DNA from: Eutreptiella sp. 'Long Island Sound 2002'
Lineage: Eukaryota > Protista > Euglenida
Direction of reading: 5' to 3'
NCBI GenBank assembly: GCA_964036045.1
Contig: OZ038378.1
Location: forward strand, 10,726,001-10,790,000
Length of the DNA: 64,000 nt
Numbering within the stretch: position 1 is the stretch's first letter; every line of letters starts with the position of its first letter. The notes under the pieces were generated by a model. The model worked only from the letters and a program-made list of their open reading frames with translations, was not told the origin of the DNA and searched no databases. Made by a program: the position numbers and the translations under genes. This document shows, piece by piece, positions 61,402 to 64,000 of this stretch.

Positions 61402-61883
61402 AGAGAGCACGCTGAGACCTGGACAAAAGCAATGTCCTTATTGCTTTTGTCGGCTTTGGTTGGTGCCGCAGAGAAGGTATGCATCGCAGTCCCGTTGGTG
61501 GCAGCGTTTTGCTTTGTGGACGACGTGTCCTCCTCATCAAACATCAGAGCGACATCCTCGCAGGTTGGGCTCTTCTTTCCGGCCCCTTCTTTCGGTGACA
61601 CAACTTTGGGCTGTTTGGCCTTGGGCTGCCCCTCAGGTGTCTCTGTGGCCGTCCGTTTTGGAGCTGCAGGCGATGGCGTGTGACTGGATTGGGGCGGCGG
61701 CACAGGGGACGCCGCTTTGGAAGGGGTCCCGTTGGAAGGGGTCAGGGACGGCGTGGGGCTGGCAGTGGGGGGTGCAGCAGGGGGAGGTGCCTTAGGGGTC
61801 GGCAACGGGGACGGTGATGCGGTGGAGGGGGCAGGCGTGACAGTAAAAAACTTGGAGATTGTGGGCTGCTTCTTGGGAGGCAT
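40186..61883 (-). CDS. MSH3: DNA mismatch repair protein MSH3 (MutS-beta subunit), 12 exons, 3531 nt CDS including stop, ~1176 aa
   Basis: N-terminal PIP-box QPTISKFF; KLTPLEEQY; [11 protein letters not shown] (MSH3-type, not the MSH6 GxFYE); ASIP..RL; QTESAA; Walker [10 protein letters not shown]; STFMVEL; DELGRGTST; FVTHY; C-terminal [11 protein letters not shown]. All exons join in frame through GT-AG introns. Confidence 0.96.
41785..42174 (-). CDS. MSH3: MSH3 exon 11 (ATPase core)
   Basis: CAACAG|GTG; [11 protein letters not shown]...STFMVEL...DELGRGTST...FVTHY; GAG|GTGTGC. Confidence 0.94.
42904..43044 (-). CDS. MSH3: MSH3 exon 10 (Walker A)
   Basis: GGACAG|GAG; ...YVPND...[16 protein letters not shown]; CAG|GTGCGA. 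Confidence 0.9.
43355..44145. repeat. Repeat family with alternating purine-pyrimidine palindromic cores (MSH3 intron 9); related copies at 47693-48085 (intron 7)
   Basis: Cores such as CGCGTATACGTCGCGTACACGTATACG, with shared flanks ACAGTGTCTACAAT(T/C)AGCAGGC.GC.T.TAC. Confidence 0.7.
45504..45602 (-). CDS. MSH3: MSH3 exon 9
   Basis: CCGCAG|GTC; [11 protein letters not shown]...[11 protein letters not shown]; CAG|GTGTGG. Confidence 0.9.
45992..46234 (-). CDS. MSH3: MSH3 exon 8
   Basis: CCTGCAG|GAT; DVDRVPAAW...RFHTP...[12 protein letters not shown]; GAG|GTCTCT. Confidence 0.9.
48348..48794 (-). CDS. MSH3: MSH3 exon 7 (lever/clamp)
   Basis: AACGCAG|GCG; AFQKVAN...[26 protein letters not shown]; AAG|GTCCCC. 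Confidence 0.88.
50770..51171 (-). CDS. MSH3: MSH3 exon 6
   Basis: TTTTGCAG|GAG; LANLEIL...[19 protein letters not shown]...DLEK...EFLKFVK; AAG|GTGCGC. Confidence 0.92.
51654..51726 (+). tRNA. tRNA-Phe(GAA), inverted duplicate
   Basis: 73 nt; acceptor GCCGACA/TGTCGGC, D-stem GCTC/GAGC, anticodon stem TTAGA/TCTAA with loop CTGAAGA, T-loop TTCGATC. Confidence 0.95.
51938..52010 (-). tRNA. tRNA-Phe(GAA)
   Basis: Exact reverse complement of 51654-51726. Confidence 0.95.
52073..52145 (-). tRNA. tRNA-Phe(GAA) variant with C instead of U at position 33
   Basis: Identical to the other copies except that the anticodon loop reads CCGAAGA. Confidence 0.8.
52665..53114 (-). CDS. MSH3: MSH3 exon 5 (connector domain)
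   Basis: GCTCAG|GTC; [21 protein letters not shown]...ELETRL...LEYLRPFKL; CAG|GTACGC. Confidence 0.9.
53694..53834 (-). CDS. MSH3: MSH3 exon 4
   Basis: TTCTCCAG|GAG; EDDSF...NRLLIISE...KTVQ; CAG|GTCTGG. Confidence 0.85.
54017..54104 (+). repeat. (TG)n microsatellite in MSH3 intron 3
   Basis: About 60 bp of pure TG followed by a degenerate tail. Confidence 0.97.
55004..55288 (-). CDS. MSH3: MSH3 exon 3 (mismatch-binding domain I)
   Basis: CCTCAG|GTG; [14 protein letters not shown]...FTRATFIP; CCG|GTCACC. Confidence 0.9.
57139..57243 (-). CDS. MSH3: MSH3 exon 2
   Basis: CATCAG|GGC...[19 protein letters not shown]...GTG|GTATGC. Confidence 0.85.
58640..58920 (+). repeat. (CG)n/(CA)n microsatellite patches in MSH3 intron 1
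   Basis: Two patches, at 58640-58675 and 58832-58920. Confidence 0.9.
59618..59825 (+). repeat. (CT)n/(TCGC)n microsatellite and pyrimidine tract in MSH3 intron 1
   Basis: Direct reading of the sequence. Confidence 0.93.
61419..61883 (-). CDS. MSH3: MSH3 exon 1 (PIP-box plus Pro/Ser/Thr-rich tail)
   Basis: [13 protein letters not shown]...; upstream TTGGTTCAG|CCATG is a possible SL acceptor; donor CAG|GTCTCA. This region is poorly conserved, so the 3' boundary is less certain. Confidence 0.75.
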
Positions 61884-62324
61884 GGCTGAACCAAATGAGG
61901 ATGGGTCGCAGTGCAGCGTGGGTGCATACATCTAGCTGCACTCAACGGCTTCGGGTCCGTTGCTCTCTTCATTGGCAGGATGTGTTTGCCTTCACTTAGT
62001 GTTTCATGTCACAATGTTACCGCCAATGACCTGCGCACCTGACAGCGCATCTGCAGGCCTCTAGTCCATGTGCAAGAGTCTTGGAGGACAGTTTCTTGTT
62101 CCCAGCTCCAGTCAATTACCGTGCAGTAAGCAGTGACCCTCCATCTGCTACCACCCAGTTCAAGCACTGTAGGGGAGGAAATGCAATTTAACCACGCACC
62201 TCACAATGCACTAATTTCGGGGACAACAACATTGGGGCCTCACAGTTCTGCTCTTCACAATTCACCATGGGCTTTGGTAGTACAGCTGGTTGCTCAGCAA
62301 CCAGTAGCAATGGGCCCCGGAACA

Positions 62325-62395
62325 CTATGCCCCTAAAACACTATGCCCCCCGATGGCCTATGCCCCTGGAACACTATGCCCCAGAACACTGTGCC
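62325..62395 (+). repeat. Short minisatellite with AACACTATGCCCC core
   Basis: Core repeated 4-5 times with small variations. Confidence 0.7.
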
Positions 62396-64000
62396 GTACC
62401 AATTTTCTTCGCTTGTGTCAGATCAGTGCACCCCAGTTCCTGAAACACCTTTGGCACATCCAATGTAGATGTTGCCAACGTCACCATTAGTAGAAAATTC
62501 GGACACATGTGGTTCCTTATTGTCTTTTGTCTTTTGCAGTGTCATAAGCATCATCCATCAACAAACAATTCAACATGATTTTGGACATGCTCCAACGCTT
62601 TTGCCTGCTCCTCAAATGCCATGCAACACAGGTGGTGGTGCTGATCTCACAAATTCATTTGACACGTGATTAACCCCTTTTGCAACCCAAGATTCAGGCC
62701 AGTTGTGCACAGTTGTCTGCTGTTGTCTCTGCCAGACTTTTGAGCAACGAGAGCTCCCACGGGGAAGAAGGGTTCTATCAGATGGTGTGCACATGCACCG
62801 GAGATGGTCACACAACCGGGACCCACTGCAGCCTCCTTTACTGTTTGATTTTGAGCCCTTCCCCCATTGTTATGCCGCACAACATTCATGCCACTGCAGC
62901 CATCAATGTGGTGTCCTTAAGCCCAGCGTAGTGTGTGGCATCAACTGAGGCAATCATGGCAGGTGTGGCAGGTTACACATGGGCAGCATGCAAGCAATTG
63001 CCTCTACATGGACAATAGGACAGATAGAGAGGGCCGGTGACCATGACCATGCATACGGAGACATGGCGCCGAGACAAAGGCAACACGAAGGCTAAGTGCA
63101 CGTGCACATGTAGGTACTTTGGCTGGAATTGGGAGAAATTACCAGCAGAGTACATGCAGATAGATGAAGTGTGCGCACACATGCTACGTAAGTGGCACAG
63201 CCACAGCCGCAATGGCCACACATGGCATGAACCATAATAGGCTGTACTACAACGGAAATAGCGGTGGAACTCCGAGGCACATGTGGCCTCCTCGAGGTGA
63301 AGACATGGGCTATGAAGAAGCTTGCTAGGTTCTTGAGGTGGGCACAACGACCCTACTAGTTGCTGGCGGATTTCATTGATGCTACCACGGCCCTAATGGT
63401 GCACGGGGAGATGCACGGAGAGACATAGGCACACACCCAAATGCCGGCAACACAAAAGTGTGGGAGGTGGTGGTGAAGGTCAAGTATGATGCGAAGGCCA
63501 AAGAAGAGCATGACAAGTGGCAGAAAGTATGCAAAGAGGATCACCATGGACTAGTGTGGGTTCAAGTGGGCAAACATGGGCATAACATGGACACAACATG
63601 GACACGACAAATGTGTCCATGACTCCATGTAATTGGCAGATTTGTCACGAAAACCATGTCTTATGCGGTTGCACTGCATTTCGTACCGAATTAAATTTGG
63701 TACAGAATTAATATGGTCCCTACGCCCGTTGTAACTTAGACAAGGCCATAGCTTAGGAAAGGCGAGCCATCTTGAGCAAAGCTTGGGTGGCGCATGACAA
63801 TCAGTTTCTCCTGAATCTGCGTTTCTTCGGTGTGCAACTCAGACACACCCTAGGCCTCTTGCAAAGAATCCACCAACACAGCTTGTACACATGTGTTTGT
63901 ACAGCTTGGCCCGTGTTCCAAAAAATACCCAAATTAAGGAGGTGAAAATGCATGGTAAAATGATGGAATATGCCAAGCGCGCCCGAATCCTGAATAAACC

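Noticed and set aside
40549-61418. Nonconventional (non-GT-AG, stem-forming) euglenid introns
   Set aside because: Every junction resolves with GT-AG and conserved protein continuity. Hidden ones in the unconserved intron 1 region cannot be excluded.

Overview
Eukaryotic nuclear DNA, most likely from a photosynthetic euglenid. This is inferred from the euglenophyte-type plastid presequence on the first gene. Three protein genes can be supported, all on the minus strand: (1) an intronless ascorbate peroxidase-related (APx-R/APX6-type) gene at 3582-4901, with a TM1-transit-TM2 presequence plus a twin-arginine lumen signal; (2) a two-exon CRAL-TRIO (Sec14-like) gene at 30258-34682; (3) a 12-exon MSH3 gene at 40186-61883 (about 1176 aa when spliced by hand). 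About 16.5 kb (11030-27485) is an 85-bp satellite, containing a young homogeneous ~35-copy block, an inverted block, a 596-bp duplication and a ~0.5-kb foreign insert. MSH3 intron 5 holds three tRNA-Phe(GAA) copies arranged in a perfect 242-bp fold-back. The remainder is MITE-like dispersed repeats, microsatellites and decayed DNA. Main observations: all 12 introns I could reconstruct are phase 0 with the same G|GT...CAG|G context; the intronic tRNA fold-back; and evidence that the young satellite variant moves as a mobile cassette.
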